A stretch of 32,000 nt of DNA from Candidatus Harpocratesius repetitus (GCA_021498095.1 JAIZWK010000001.1:2460001-2492000); one strand, 5' to 3'; numbered from the stretch's first letter, positions 17,570 through 28,189 are shown. The notes: a model not told the origin generated them from the letters alone. A program made the numbers and translations.

Positions 17570-18277
17570 ATGAAAAAAAAAAGAAATCGATCAGTTGATC
17601 TCAAAGAACAACAATTTAATCGAATAATTGCTGAAGCTAAAAAAATCTATGAAAATGAAGGTATTTCAGGATTAAATATTCAAAATATTGCAGAACAAGT
17701 GGGAACAGTTAAGGGGAATTTGTATAATTATGTAAAAAGCAAACGTGAATTATGGTATGCATTATTATATCAAGAAACAAATAAATTTTCCGAGAAAATG
17801 CTTGAAATAATTAAGAACCATAAAGATGATTCCATATCGCTTATCGAAAATCTAATTAAATTTATGATAATTGATTTTCAAATACAATTTCCATCAATAC
17901 ATAAAATGTTGAATGAAACACCACCATCTGCAAAGAAAATTGGAAAATTTGAACGCAAATTTAAAAATTTAAACTTTTTAAAACCAATAATCACAGCAAT
18001 TGATTTAGCTAAATCGCGAAATGAACTTATTCAATTGAAAAGTGAATATCTTGCTTCTTATTTTTGGATAATTTGTCATGGAACATATTACGAAATGAAT
18101 AATACGAAATCTATTGGTATGAATATCGATTTAAGAGACTTTGTCTTTAATCAGCTAAAGGATCAGTTGAAATATGTTTATACAACTGCTGCAAAAAGAG
18201 AAGAATATGTCTTTAAAGAGCGAAATTCACGAATCAGACGAGTTAATATTTCTAAGATAAGATCAATACCCTGGTAA
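17570..18277 (+). CDS. TetR/AcrR family transcriptional regulator
   Basis: RIIAEAKKIYENEGISGLNIQNIAEQVGTVKGNLYNYVKSKRELW is a TetR HTH. Confidence 0.92.
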   Translation: MKKKRNRSVDLKEQQFNRIIAEAKKIYENEGISGLNIQNIAEQVGTVKGNLYNYVKSKRELWYALLYQETNKFSEKMLEIIKNHKDDSISLIENLIKFMIIDFQIQFPSIHKMLNETPPSAKKIGKFERKFKNLNFLKPIITAIDLAKSRNELIQLKSEYLASYFWIICHGTYYEMNNTKSIGMNIDLRDFVFNQLKDQLKYVYTTAAKREEYVFKERNSRIRRVNISKIRSIPW

Positions 18278-18329
18278 AATGATCAATCTTTAAATATAAT
18301 TTCTGATGTAATTTTGGATAAAACATAAT

Positions 18330-18349
18330 TAAATGAACATTTTTCATTA
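18330..18349. promoter_or_regulatory. Candidate operator TAAATGAA-N5-TTCATTA, copy 1
   Basis: TAAATGAACATTTTTCATTA upstream of the 18653 hydrolase operon. The same 15 positions recur at 28190 and 28437. Confidence 0.6.
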
Positions 18350-18652
18350 AAATATTCAATAAAATTACCAAATATTTTATTATTGCTTCAATAGATTTGA
18401 TAATTAAACAAAAAAATCATAAAAATTTCATTAATCTTTCGTTTTTCATTGAATTTTTCTCTTAAATTATAGTTTTTGAGATTGATATCAAGATACCTAC
18501 ATTTCATAATATTAATAAACTACTAAGATTAACATATAAACAAACTCCGTTCATTTAATTCTAAAACGAGACAACTTTTTTTTTAGAACTAATAATGGTT
18601 TGGATATTAGCAATAATAAAAATTAACGTGAAAATCATCTTCATGTTAAAAT

Positions 18653-20071
18653 TTGGAGATAAAGACATTGATAAATCAAGAAATTCAATCAAAAATTGAG
18701 GAATTAATCATAAATAATTTACAAGAATCCCAAATTCCTGCATTAAGTATAGCTATTGTTGAAAACAATCAAGTAATTTATGCGAATGGCTTTGGAGCTC
18801 GCAGAATTCGAGGAAATTTACCCGCTAGTGAAAAAACATTATATGGGATCGGAAGTTCTACAAAATCTTTTACAGCTCTTGCAATAATGCAATTAGTTGA
18901 GGAAGAAAAAATCAATCTTGATGATCCAGTTCAGAAATACATTACATTTAAACTGGGTTCTGAAAAAAAACCAATCACAATTAGACATTTATTGTCTCAT
19001 TCCTCTGGAATACCTGATTTAGATGCATCTATTCGCTCTATTGTCGAAAAAGTATGTTTCCCAGATCCTCTTTTTCCCATGTCAAGTAAAAATGATTTTC
19101 TAAGACATGTAAATAGGGCACAATCGGAATTTTTCTTTGATCCTGGTGAACACTTCTTTTATAATAACGATATGTTTACTCTTTTGTTACTTATCATCGA
19201 AAAAATTACGGGTATGCCATTTGAGGAATATATACAGAAAAAAATCTTACTACCATTAGATATGAAAAGATCAACTTTCTCAAAAGAAGTTTTTGATAAC
19301 GATCCCTTAAACGATAAATTTACAGGATATATGATAAAACCTGGACCAGATGGAATTAATATGCAAGAAACGGATTTTCCATTTAATTGGCTACTCTATG
19401 CATGTGGAGGTTTAATTTCTTCAGTAGATGAAATGTCAAATTATCTTATCACAATGTTAAATAAAGGTGTTTACAATGGTAAAAAAATAATTTCTTCTAA
19501 ATATTTCGATGAATTGTGGAAAACTATTATATCAAGTCCTTATGGAGCTGGAAAAAATCCACAATATTGCCTTGGTTGGATACGAGAAGATGATTTCTTT
19601 AATACAACCTTGATTCATCATGGAGGAAATACAGGAATGTCTTCGAGTTACATGGCACTATTACCAGAAAAGAAAATAGGGGTTGTAATGGAATCAAATA
19701 CAAATTTTCTTTATTCAAGTACATTAACACGGGAAATTCTTACCTTATTATTAGGAAAGAATCTTGATGAATTAGATGTTTTTCATAGAAAGAAAATTCT
19801 ACAGAATATTTGTGGTGTTTATCATTCTTATCAAGGAATAAATAAATTAGAAGTTAACCTGCAAGGTGGAAAACTCTTCGGAACAATTACGTCTGGACCT
19901 TCATCTAATACTTTCCCTTTATATGCTCTAGATTTTGCTAAACTACGTTTTTCAATTCCAAAACCGTATTTTGGAAATGATCCAGGAATGGAATTTCAGT
20001 TTTTTGTATCTTCTGAATCAAATAAGGTTTTAGTAACAGCAGATCGATTCTTATTTCATAAAATAAATTAA
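18653..20071 (+). CDS. Serine hydrolase, beta-lactamase/D-aminopeptidase (class C-like) family
   Basis: IPALSIAIV, GSSTK (SxxK), IRHLLSHSSG, YNN, ACGGLISS, HGG; paralog of 13455-14855. TTG start. Confidence 0.92.
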   Translation: MEIKTLINQEIQSKIEELIINNLQESQIPALSIAIVENNQVIYANGFGARRIRGNLPASEKTLYGIGSSTKSFTALAIMQLVEEEKINLDDPVQKYITFKLGSEKKPITIRHLLSHSSGIPDLDASIRSIVEKVCFPDPLFPMSSKNDFLRHVNRAQSEFFFDPGEHFFYNNDMFTLLLLIIEKITGMPFEEYIQKKILLPLDMKRSTFSKEVFDNDPLNDKFTGYMIKPGPDGINMQETDFPFNWLLYACGGLISSVDEMSNYLITMLNKGVYNGKKIISSKYFDELWKTIISSPYGAGKNPQYCLGWIREDDFFNTTLIHHGGNTGMSSSYMALLPEKKIGVVMESNTNFLYSSTLTREILTLLLGKNLDELDVFHRKKILQNICGVYHSYQGINKLEVNLQGGKLFGTITSGPSSNTFPLYALDFAKLRFSIPKPYFGNDPGMEFQFFVSSESNKVLVTADRFLFHKIN

Positions 20072-20155
20072 CTTAAGTTGTTTTATTAGTGGGAAATTCG
20101 CACTTTTTTTTCCATTTTCACAGATTTTAACTATAATAATATGAGGGATAAATAA

Positions 20156-21994
20156 TTGAAATTTTCTGATGATTTACAAAAAATTCATTTTGGTTCGTAT
20201 TTGAAATTACGAAATATTGAATATCATGAATATTTAGAATTTTCTCAATACATTTCAATGAGAGACGGTATCCAGATTGCAGTTGATGTAGTAATTCCAC
20301 AATCATCAAAAAGTAATGAAAAATTTCCAACATTGCTTTATCAAACACGATATTGGCGAAATATCATCCCTCGAAAATTGTTTAAAAAAATATGGAGAAA
20401 AATAAATCCAAAAGGAGACCTAATAAAGCGTTTCTTCACAAATTATGGCTATGCAATGGTGCTAGCTGATGTAAGAGGGACTGGAGCATCATTTGGAACT
20501 AAAGATCATCCCTTTTCTAAAAATGAAATTGATGATAGCAAAGATATTTTGGATTGGATTATTTCACAATCATGGTCAAATGGAAAAGTTGGCACTTATG
20601 GAAATAGTTATCCAGGTACTGTGGCAGAATTAACTACTATTCATCATCATAAAGCATTAAAATGTGTTTTTGTTAGAGGAAATGAATTTGACTCATTCTC
20701 AGATATTTTTTTTCCAGGAGGTTTATTTCCTTCCGCTTTTTTCAAAGATTGGGGAGAAAAAACCAGAAACTTGGATCTAAATAAACCAAATCAATTTTTA
20801 ATGAAATTATTCACAAAGGGTGTAAAACCAGTAGATTCTGATAATCAAAGAATTCTTTTAAGGAAAGCAATTAAAGAACATAAAAAAAATGCGAATTTCT
20901 TTACTTCTTTAAAAAAAATACAATTTCGGGAAGATTCATTTGGTTCAACAAATTTAACTATCGATGACTTTAGTATTCACAGCAAGAGAAATCGAATTGA
21001 AAATTCGAATGTTCCGATATTTCACTGGGGTAGCTGGCTTGATGCCCAAGTAAGTAATGTTGTAATTCATAGATTTTTAAATTACAACATAATTCAAACT
21101 GGATTAATTGGATGTTGGGCACATGGAGGAGGAAATCCAGTAGTTCTTTCAAAAAAGGGAAAATATGAAATAGGGCTAGATCCTCTTTCTCAAATGGGGG
21201 AGATATTAAGATTTTTTGATTTTTACTTGAAAAATATGCATAATAATGGATGGACAGAGCAAAATAGAATAATTTATTATACAATTAAGGAAAAAAAATG
21301 GCAAACTACAAATAAATGGCCTCCAAATAATTGTTCTTCAAAAAGGCTTTTTTTTGGTAAAAATTCAAGACTAATTCCAAAAATGAATCCAAATTTATAT
21401 GGAAATACACCCTATAATGTAAGTACTAAACCAACAACTGGAAAACGCAATCGATATTACACTCAATATGGGGGAGGAAAAGTAAAGTATACAAATAGGG
21501 ATAAAGCAAGAAAATATTTTCTTTCTTTTATTTCAGAACCTATTGAAAATGATATTAAAATAATCGGTTATCCTGTAGTAAAGTTATACTTAACTTCATC
21601 ACAACCTGATGGGGCAATTTTTGTCTATTTGGAAGAAGTTTCTCCTTCTGGAGATATCTTCTACATTACTGAAGCCTTAATACGTTTAGGTTCTTGCAAA
21701 GAATCAAGTCCACCTTATATTACACCAATTCCTTATCATTCTTTCAAACGTGAAGATTATCATCAATTAAAAGAAAATGAAATAATATCTTTACACTTGG
21801 CGTTTATTCCAACTTCAATTGTATTAAAGAAAGGTTCAAGAATCCAAATATCAATATCTGGGAACGATTCTCAGACATTTGATGAAATTAATTTGAAGAA
21901 TAGAAAGAATCAGAAATATACAATTTACCATGACAAAACTCATATTTCTTATATAGATATCCCTGTTACAAATGATTCAATTCTTTTTTCTTAA
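20156..21994 (+). CDS. CocE/NonD family hydrolase (peptidase S15-like alpha/beta hydrolase)
   Basis: MRDGIQIAVDV, DVRGTGASFG, nucleophile GNSYPG, GCWAHG, C-terminal jelly-roll region (DGAIFVYLEEV, GSRIQISIS). Confidence 0.92.
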   Translation: MKFSDDLQKIHFGSYLKLRNIEYHEYLEFSQYISMRDGIQIAVDVVIPQSSKSNEKFPTLLYQTRYWRNIIPRKLFKKIWRKINPKGDLIKRFFTNYGYAMVLADVRGTGASFGTKDHPFSKNEIDDSKDILDWIISQSWSNGKVGTYGNSYPGTVAELTTIHHHKALKCVFVRGNEFDSFSDIFFPGGLFPSAFFKDWGEKTRNLDLNKPNQFLMKLFTKGVKPVDSDNQRILLRKAIKEHKKNANFFTSLKKIQFREDSFGSTNLTIDDFSIHSKRNRIENSNVPIFHWGSWLDAQVSNVVIHRFLNYNIIQTGLIGCWAHGGGNPVVLSKKGKYEIGLDPLSQMGEILRFFDFYLKNMHNNGWTEQNRIIYYTIKEKKWQTTNKWPPNNCSSKRLFFGKNSRLIPKMNPNLYGNTPYNVSTKPTTGKRNRYYTQYGGGKVKYTNRDKARKYFLSFISEPIENDIKIIGYPVVKLYLTSSQPDGAIFVYLEEVSPSGDIFYITEALIRLGSCKESSPPYITPIPYHSFKREDYHQLKENEIISLHLAFIPTSIVLKKGSRIQISISGNDSQTFDEINLKNRKNQKYTIYHDKTHISYIDIPVTNDSILFS

Positions 21995-22039
21995 AATAGA
22001 AAAAAAGTAAAAAAATTCTTAATTCACCAATTTACCTTC

Positions 22040-23401
22040 TTATTCTCTGAATAAATGACACCAAACACTATGATCCTCGTTAATTTGGATTTTACCAGGA
22101 TATTTATTTTCACATAATTCCAATTGTGAGTCTTTAAAGCTGCATCGTGGGTGAAAAGGGCAACCTCGAGGTGGATTAATTGGACTGGGAACTTCTCCTT
22201 CAAGAATAATACGCTTGATTTTATGTTCTGGATCAATTTCAGATCTTGCAGAAAGTAAGGCTTTAGTATATGGATGTTTTGGATTTTCAAATATTTCATC
22301 CACTTTGCCGTATTCAACCAATTTACCCAAGTACATTACAGCAATATTATCTGCAATATGATGAACAACAGATAAATTATGAGTAATAAATAAGTATCCA
22401 TATCCATAATTTGATTGAAGATCTTTTAATAAATTTAAAATTTGGGCTTGAACTGAAACATCTAATGCAGATGTTGGTTCATCTAATATAATTAATTTCG
22501 GATTGCTTGCTAATGCACGGGCAATTACAATTCTTTGTTTTTGTCCTCCAGAAAATTCATGTGGAAAACGATCAAGGTGTTCGCGTTTCATTGAAACTTG
22601 ATTAAGAAGAGCAAGTGCTTTATCCCGAAGTATATCTTTATCGGTAATCCCCATTAAATTTCTATAAGGTTCAGAAAGGATATCTACTACCTTCATTCGA
22701 GGATTCAATGCAGCATCAGGATCTTGAAAAACAAGTTGTATTTTTTGTCGTAATTGAGCATTAAAAACTTTTGGTAATTTCTCCTTCTCAAAAAAGATTT
22801 CTCCATCTTCTTTGGGAATTAGTTCAAGTAAGCTTTTTGCTATTGTTGATTTTCCACAACCACTCTCTCCAACTAAACCTAAGGTTTCTCCCGATTTTAT
22901 TGTGAATGATACACCATTAACCGCTTTTATTTCACCCACTTTATGTTTTAAAATACCTCCATAAATAGGATAATATACTTTCAGATTTTTTACTTGTAAA
23001 AGAGTTTCATATTTTTTTGTATTTTTAATTGATTGAAGTTTTTCAAAATCAATTTTTCGGATTATTATAAAACGAACTAAGATTAAACAAATAATCGTAA
23101 GAATTAATCCTGCAGAAAGAATTTTGTACCAAAAACCTCCTGTATATAGTGAAATTCCAAATTCGATATTCAAGATTGATAATCTAAAATTATTAAGTGA
23201 AAAAATAAAACCTATGATCAAACTTGCCAATCCAGGGATTAAACTTAAAATATGAATTATAATTAATTTGTCTTTCTGAATTAATTGAATTTTATCTCCC
23301 CAATTGCCAATAAAGATCGTTATGCTAAAAAAAACGATTAAACTAATAATAAAGAGAAAAATTGATATAAAATTGTCAGATAATTCTGTGTTAAGAATCA
23401 T
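22040..23401 (-). CDS. oppF: Oligopeptide ABC transporter ATP-binding protein with a fused N-terminal membrane domain
   Basis: GESGCGKS, FSGGQKQR, LDEP, oligo_HPY tail (HPYT...GCPFHPRC). The first ~120 aa contain about 3 hydrophobic helices. Confidence 0.9.
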   Translation of the reverse strand: MILNTELSDNFISIFLFIISLIVFFSITIFIGNWGDKIQLIQKDKLIIIHILSLIPGLASLIIGFIFSLNNFRLSILNIEFGISLYTGGFWYKILSAGLILTIICLILVRFIIIRKIDFEKLQSIKNTKKYETLLQVKNLKVYYPIYGGILKHKVGEIKAVNGVSFTIKSGETLGLVGESGCGKSTIAKSLLELIPKEDGEIFFEKEKLPKVFNAQLRQKIQLVFQDPDAALNPRMKVVDILSEPYRNLMGITDKDILRDKALALLNQVSMKREHLDRFPHEFSGGQKQRIVIARALASNPKLIILDEPTSALDVSVQAQILNLLKDLQSNYGYGYLFITHNLSVVHHIADNIAVMYLGKLVEYGKVDEIFENPKHPYTKALLSARSEIDPEHKIKRIILEGEVPSPINPPRGCPFHPRCSFKDSQLELCENKYPGKIQINEDHSVWCHLFRE

Positions 23402-23404
23402 TTG

Positions 23405-25381
23405 TTAATTCGCACTCCTTTTGGAATTTAGATTTTGGATTTTCTGTTCAATAGTATTATTTGATTTGTATAAATGACAAGCAACAAAATGATTTTTTTC
23501 TACTTCTATGATCTCTGGAGTAATGGATTCACATTCTGGAATTCTTTTTTCACATCTTGGATGAAATCGGCAACCAGAAGGGGGATAAATTAAATTTGGA
23601 ACAGAACCAGGAATTGTTGCTAATTTCTCTGTTTTTCGTGACACAACTGGAACTGCTGCGATTAAATTTTCTGTATAAGGATGTAGTGGATTATTGAAAA
23701 TACTCAGTGTATCTCCAGATTCAACTATTTTTCCACTATACATAACTGCGATTCTATCACATATTTGTGAAATGACCCCTAAATCATGCGAAATAAAGAG
23801 AATTGAAGTATTATATTTTCTTCGTAATTCAGTAATTAATTCTAATATTTGGGCTTGAATTGTAACATCTAAAGCGGTTGTTGGCTCATCTGCCAGTAAT
23901 AATTTCGGATTGCATGCTAATCCCATTGCTATCATAATTCGTTGTCGCATTCCTCCACTTAATTCATGAGGATAACGATCGTATATCTTTTCTGGGTCGG
24001 GTATCCCTACATCTTTCAAAATTTGAATTGACCAAAGTCTGGCAATATAATAAATTGAAGTTCTTTTTTCTAAATTAGATATTTGATTTTTTAATTCTTT
24101 CAAAGATTGAGTCAAATTTGCGTTATTATTAGGATTATTTTTAATCATTCTCTTTAGTTCTTCAATATCATTCTTGAGAGAATGAATTTTTTTTGTATTT
24201 TCTTGTGCTATCTTCATTAATTCCTTCTTTTTGTGTAAAAGATAAACTTCGGATATTTGATCTCCAACTTTAATAACAGGATTTATCGAATTAAGAGGAT
24301 CTTGAAAAATCATGGTTATCTTATTTCCCCTGTAATCTCTAATTTCATCTTTCGATTTTTCTAGGAGATTTTCTCCATTATAAATAATGGAACCATCTAT
24401 GATTTCTCCTGGTTTTCTAACTAATTGCAATATAGAAAGAGCAGTAACCGATTTACCACAACCAGTTTCCCCAACCAACCCAAGATTTTCGTTCTCATAA
24501 ATTTCAAAACTTACTTTTTCTACTGCTCGAACAATTCCTTCTTCTGTAAAAAAATAGGTGGTAAGATCCTTTACTTCTAAGACGGGCTTTTTCTCTTCAA
24601 TCTGCTCATCTATTGAAGAACCATTTAAAATCTTAGAATCTACTTCATTTTCAAAATAATAATCTGAATTAATTTTCATAATAGATTTTTTAACTAATAA
24701 AAAAGCAAATATGTAAAGGATAATCAAGATCCCATATCCATTTATTTCAAATAAATATCCTCTTCTCACAATGCCAAAATAAAGTATTTGAATACTCCAG
24801 ATGCACCCTGAGATGATTGTTGCAATAAAATTAATTTTAGAGATTATTTCTGGTTGAATTCTTTTTGATTCTGATTTGAGAATATTAATTATTTTTGAAG
24901 TCAAATTACATATGCCTAAAATTAAGAAAGTCCACCAAAAGCCCAGCTTCATCTCTCGAATATAAGATACATTGAGAATTTTAAAAATTGAAAATAAAAT
25001 ACCAAGAAATGCAAGAAAGACCAATGATATCAGATGATATTTCTTTAGTTCTTTCATATATTTATTTAAATTACTCTTTCTGAGTATATTTATTAGAATA
25101 CTATAGGATATCAAAGCAGTAATCGCTAATTGTAAAAAGAAAGGGAATGGAATCTGAATAAATTTTTCAAAAAACCAGCGAAAAATAAAACTAAGGATAT
25201 TTCCAGTAAGAATAATTATAGGTATTTTATGATTAAACTCATATTCGACCTGTTTTTCTTTATCTATAATTGAAAATTCATTAAATTTTAAGTAAAGATA
25301 AGATATTATCCCCATAATCAAAACTTGTTCAATAATAATAATATTGAATCTTGATGCAGTGTACTCACTTAATAATGTCAT
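23405..25381 (-). CDS. oppD: Oligopeptide ABC transporter ATP-binding protein with a fused multi-pass membrane domain and coiled-coil insert
   Basis: GETGCGKS, LSGGMRQR, ADEP, HPYT...GCRFHPRC. The first ~240 aa have about 6-7 hydrophobic helices, and there is a ~55-aa insert after the Q-loop. Confidence 0.9.
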   Translation of the reverse strand: MTLLSEYTASRFNIIIIEQVLIMGIISYLYLKFNEFSIIDKEKQVEYEFNHKIPIIILTGNILSFIFRWFFEKFIQIPFPFFLQLAITALISYSILINILRKSNLNKYMKELKKYHLISLVFLAFLGILFSIFKILNVSYIREMKLGFWWTFLILGICNLTSKIINILKSESKRIQPEIISKINFIATIISGCIWSIQILYFGIVRRGYLFEINGYGILIILYIFAFLLVKKSIMKINSDYYFENEVDSKILNGSSIDEQIEEKKPVLEVKDLTTYFFTEEGIVRAVEKVSFEIYENENLGLVGETGCGKSVTALSILQLVRKPGEIIDGSIIYNGENLLEKSKDEIRDYRGNKITMIFQDPLNSINPVIKVGDQISEVYLLHKKKELMKIAQENTKKIHSLKNDIEELKRMIKNNPNNNANLTQSLKELKNQISNLEKRTSIYYIARLWSIQILKDVGIPDPEKIYDRYPHELSGGMRQRIMIAMGLACNPKLLLADEPTTALDVTIQAQILELITELRRKYNTSILFISHDLGVISQICDRIAVMYSGKIVESGDTLSIFNNPLHPYTENLIAAVPVVSRKTEKLATIPGSVPNLIYPPSGCRFHPRCEKRIPECESITPEIIEVEKNHFVACHLYKSNNTIEQKIQNLNSKRSAN

Positions 25382-25404
25382 TTTTTCATTTAACCTCTAT
25401 ATTA

Positions 25405-26538
25405 TTATGATATATATCTTGGATCCAAGGCATCCCGCAAACCATCCCCGATAAGCATAAATCCTAAGACGGTAATAGAAATAAAGAAACCAGGCCATAA
25501 TACCGCCCATGGGGCGACCTGTAACATTGCAGCACCTACATTTATATCTCTCCCCCATTCAACAATGTTGGGTTCTCCCAGACCAATAAAGTTTAAAGAA
25601 GCAATTCCCAAAATTGTTGACCCTAAATCGAATGTTGCTGCGATGACGATAGGAGATATTGAATTTGGTAATAAATATTTAAACATAATTTTGAAATCTC
25701 TAGCACCAGAGACTTTAGCTGCTTCTATATATGTTTTATTTTTCTCTTGTAATACAGAACCACGCGTTAATCGAGCAAATTCTGGAATTAAAAGTATACT
25801 AAATGCAATAAGTATATTTTCCATGGTTTTTCCCAAAATTCCGATAATTACCATTGCTAAAATCAATCCTGGAAAAGACATGATAATATCAATAATCCTC
25901 ATTATAAGATTATCAATAAATCCTCCAAAATATGCTGCAATTAAACCAATAATTACTCCAATAATCAATCCAAGAGAAATAGCAATAAGTCCAGAAGTTA
26001 ATGATGCACGTGACCCCCAGATTAATCGTCCTAAAACATCTCGACCAAATTCAGTCGTTCCAAAAAGATGAGCAGATGAAGGAGCCTCAAAATCTCCCGC
26101 AAATATATTAATTGCCACATCCAAATAGGAATATGGAGACAACCATGGCGCAAAAACCGCCAATGTAATCATAATTAATATTATAATCAAACCAACAATT
26201 GAAAGTGGAGTTAATAATTTCCGAAATATCGAACGTTTTGATTTATTTTTAGCAATTTCTTTTTCCAATGAGAGAACTTTTTCTGATTTTTTACTAAAGA
26301 AAAATTTGAAATAAATCTTTAATGAATTTTCATCGTGTTCTCGATTTAAAACGTTCCAATCGGTATAACTAGAGGTTAGTTGATTTGGGAGAAATAGAAA
26401 TCTAAGTATATTTTTCAAAGTATCAAATCTATTATTTTCTTTAAATGGAGATTTTGAAAAGGTTTTTTTTCTATCTTTTAAGATATTTTGATTAAAAGAA
26501 GCACCCAAATCATTTGTTTTTAGTTGTTTTTTATTCAT
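25405..26538 (-). CDS. oppC: Oligopeptide ABC transporter permease
   Basis: HLFGTTEFGRDVLGRL, EAA motif YIEAAKVSGA, PWAVLWPG. ATG 26538 overlaps the oppB stop (ATGAATAA). Confidence 0.92.
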   Translation of the reverse strand: MNKKQLKTNDLGASFNQNILKDRKKTFSKSPFKENNRFDTLKNILRFLFLPNQLTSSYTDWNVLNREHDENSLKIYFKFFFSKKSEKVLSLEKEIAKNKSKRSIFRKLLTPLSIVGLIIILIMITLAVFAPWLSPYSYLDVAINIFAGDFEAPSSAHLFGTTEFGRDVLGRLIWGSRASLTSGLIAISLGLIIGVIIGLIAAYFGGFIDNLIMRIIDIIMSFPGLILAMVIIGILGKTMENILIAFSILLIPEFARLTRGSVLQEKNKTYIEAAKVSGARDFKIMFKYLLPNSISPIVIAATFDLGSTILGIASLNFIGLGEPNIVEWGRDINVGAAMLQVAPWAVLWPGFFISITVLGFMLIGDGLRDALDPRYIS

Positions 26539-27574
26539 ACACAATCCTCGGGTCAATAATTGTATAAATAATGTCTGCAATAAGATTACTGAAAATATTT
26601 ATAACCCCAATAACAATAACAATGCCAATAATCATCCAATAATCGTTAGTTTCAATGGCTTTTACAAGTCCATAACCTATTCCTTTATAGTTGAATGTCA
26701 TCTCAATAATTGCTGAACCTGCTAAAATACCACCAATTCTATTAATTGCAATTGTAACTGTTGGAATAAGTGCATTTCTCAAGGCATGTTTATTATAAAC
26801 AGATTTTTCACTTGCACCTTTCGCTCGAGATGTGCGAATATAATCATTTTCTAAAACATCCAGCATACTAGCTCGTGTCTGTCGAGTAATTGTTGCAAAA
26901 GAAAGGGCAGTTAAACATAATACAGGAAGAATCATATGAATTAAAGCATCTTTTAGTAAATATTGATCATTTGCAAGAATACTATCTATTATTCGAAATC
27001 CAGTTACAAATGGAGGATCAGCACCTCCAGGAGTTTTAACACCATATACTGGAAGAGAAATCCAATCTCCAGTAGCATCAGGGAGAATTATTCCAAAAAG
27101 ATACTGAAAAAGCATCCCTAAAAAGAAACTTGGTAATGCTACAAGCAGAACAGCGAAAACTCGAATTAATGTATCTTGCCATTTATCCTTATACTTGACA
27201 GAAATTAAACCTGTTTTAATTCCAATAATTGGTACCAAAACGATAGGAATGATTGCTATTTCAATAGTTCTAGGCAAAGCAATTCGGATATAGTCTGAAA
27301 CTTTCTCATTTGGTGAAACACTCGAGGAGATTCCTAAATCTCCATGAAAGAAATTAATAAAATATGTTTTAAATTGAATATACCAAGGATCATTCAAATG
27401 GAATTTTTCTTGATAAGCAGCGATTACTTCAGGTGGCGTTCCTAAAGGAAAATTACTGGAAGGATCACCCGGCATAAGTTGAGCAAAGATCCAAGTTAAA
27501 ACCATCAAAATAAGAATCATAGGAATCGCTAAAAGTATACGTTTGATAATATAAATCATCATTTTATTTACCAT
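26531..27574 (-). CDS. oppB: Oligopeptide ABC transporter permease
   Basis: LMPGDP, GDLGIS, ALPRTIE, YIRTSRAKG, HALRNAL, NLIADIIYTIIDPRI. Confidence 0.93.
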   Translation of the reverse strand: MVNKMMIYIIKRILLAIPMILILMVLTWIFAQLMPGDPSSNFPLGTPPEVIAAYQEKFHLNDPWYIQFKTYFINFFHGDLGISSSVSPNEKVSDYIRIALPRTIEIAIIPIVLVPIIGIKTGLISVKYKDKWQDTLIRVFAVLLVALPSFFLGMLFQYLFGIILPDATGDWISLPVYGVKTPGGADPPFVTGFRIIDSILANDQYLLKDALIHMILPVLCLTALSFATITRQTRASMLDVLENDYIRTSRAKGASEKSVYNKHALRNALIPTVTIAINRIGGILAGSAIIEMTFNYKGIGYGLVKAIETNDYWMIIGIVIVIGVINIFSNLIADIIYTIIDPRIVYE

Positions 27575-27579
27575 TTTCT

Positions 27580-28119
27580 TTAGTTCACTTCCTTTTCTAT
27601 AACATAATCTTTAGTTTTTGGCATTAAAGGGATCAATTGGATAACGCCTTGTTTAAGAAGTTTATATTGTTTAAATTTCCGACCGATTAGTGCACCTATT
27701 AAGAGTATGGTAAAAAGAATTAAAAAATTCAAATAACCTTGAAAAAAACCAAAAATAAGAATAAAAGGATTGATAGAAAAACCAAATTCTTCCCAGTACC
27801 ATAACACAGAGAAAATAATAATTACAGATCCCAATCTTAAAACTTGTTTTATTCCTATAATCGAAATATCTTCTTGATAAACAAGAAAAGCACTTGTTAC
27901 TATGAGAATAAGAATTAAAATTCCATGATAAATTTCAAAATAAAGTTGATAAAACCATATTAACCTTTCATCTGTATTGTAATTTAGATAATTACAAATT
28001 ATCCCAAAGAAAATAAAATGAATAATAATTACGGATATACTAAAATTGCCAATTCTTTTGAAATTTAGAGAAATTTCCTTTTTTTTTAGAAAATCAATCA
28101 ATTCCTTCTTCTCTTTCAT
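27580..28119 (-). CDS. Hypothetical membrane protein (4-5 TM), first gene of the opp operon
   Basis: Hydrophobic 179-aa ORF, 5 nt from the oppB start, same strand. Confidence 0.75.
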   Translation of the reverse strand: MKEKKELIDFLKKKEISLNFKRIGNFSISVIIIHFIFFGIICNYLNYNTDERLIWFYQLYFEIYHGILILILIVTSAFLVYQEDISIIGIKQVLRLGSVIIIFSVLWYWEEFGFSINPFILIFGFFQGYLNFLILFTILLIGALIGRKFKQYKLLKQGVIQLIPLMPKTKDYVIEKEVN

Positions 28120-28189
28120 TGTTTCACTTCCAATTATACATGAATAAAAATCATTTTCATTTAAAAAACTTAATTAATTAATTTACTAT

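Noticed and set aside
13455-20071. Calling the two SxxK proteins beta-lactam resistance genes
   Set aside because: The fold is shared with D-peptidases and esterases, there are no signal peptides, and the context is peptide catabolism.
25565-26071. 168-aa plus-strand ORF, and similar short ORFs (59-259, 461-676, 8211-8456, 11594-11827, 15017-15223, 16762-16944, 20127-20348, 20970-21284, 22024-22317, 30012-30209, 30445-30654, 31092-31385)
   Set aside because: All overlap well-supported genes antisense or out of frame and show no recognisable motifs.
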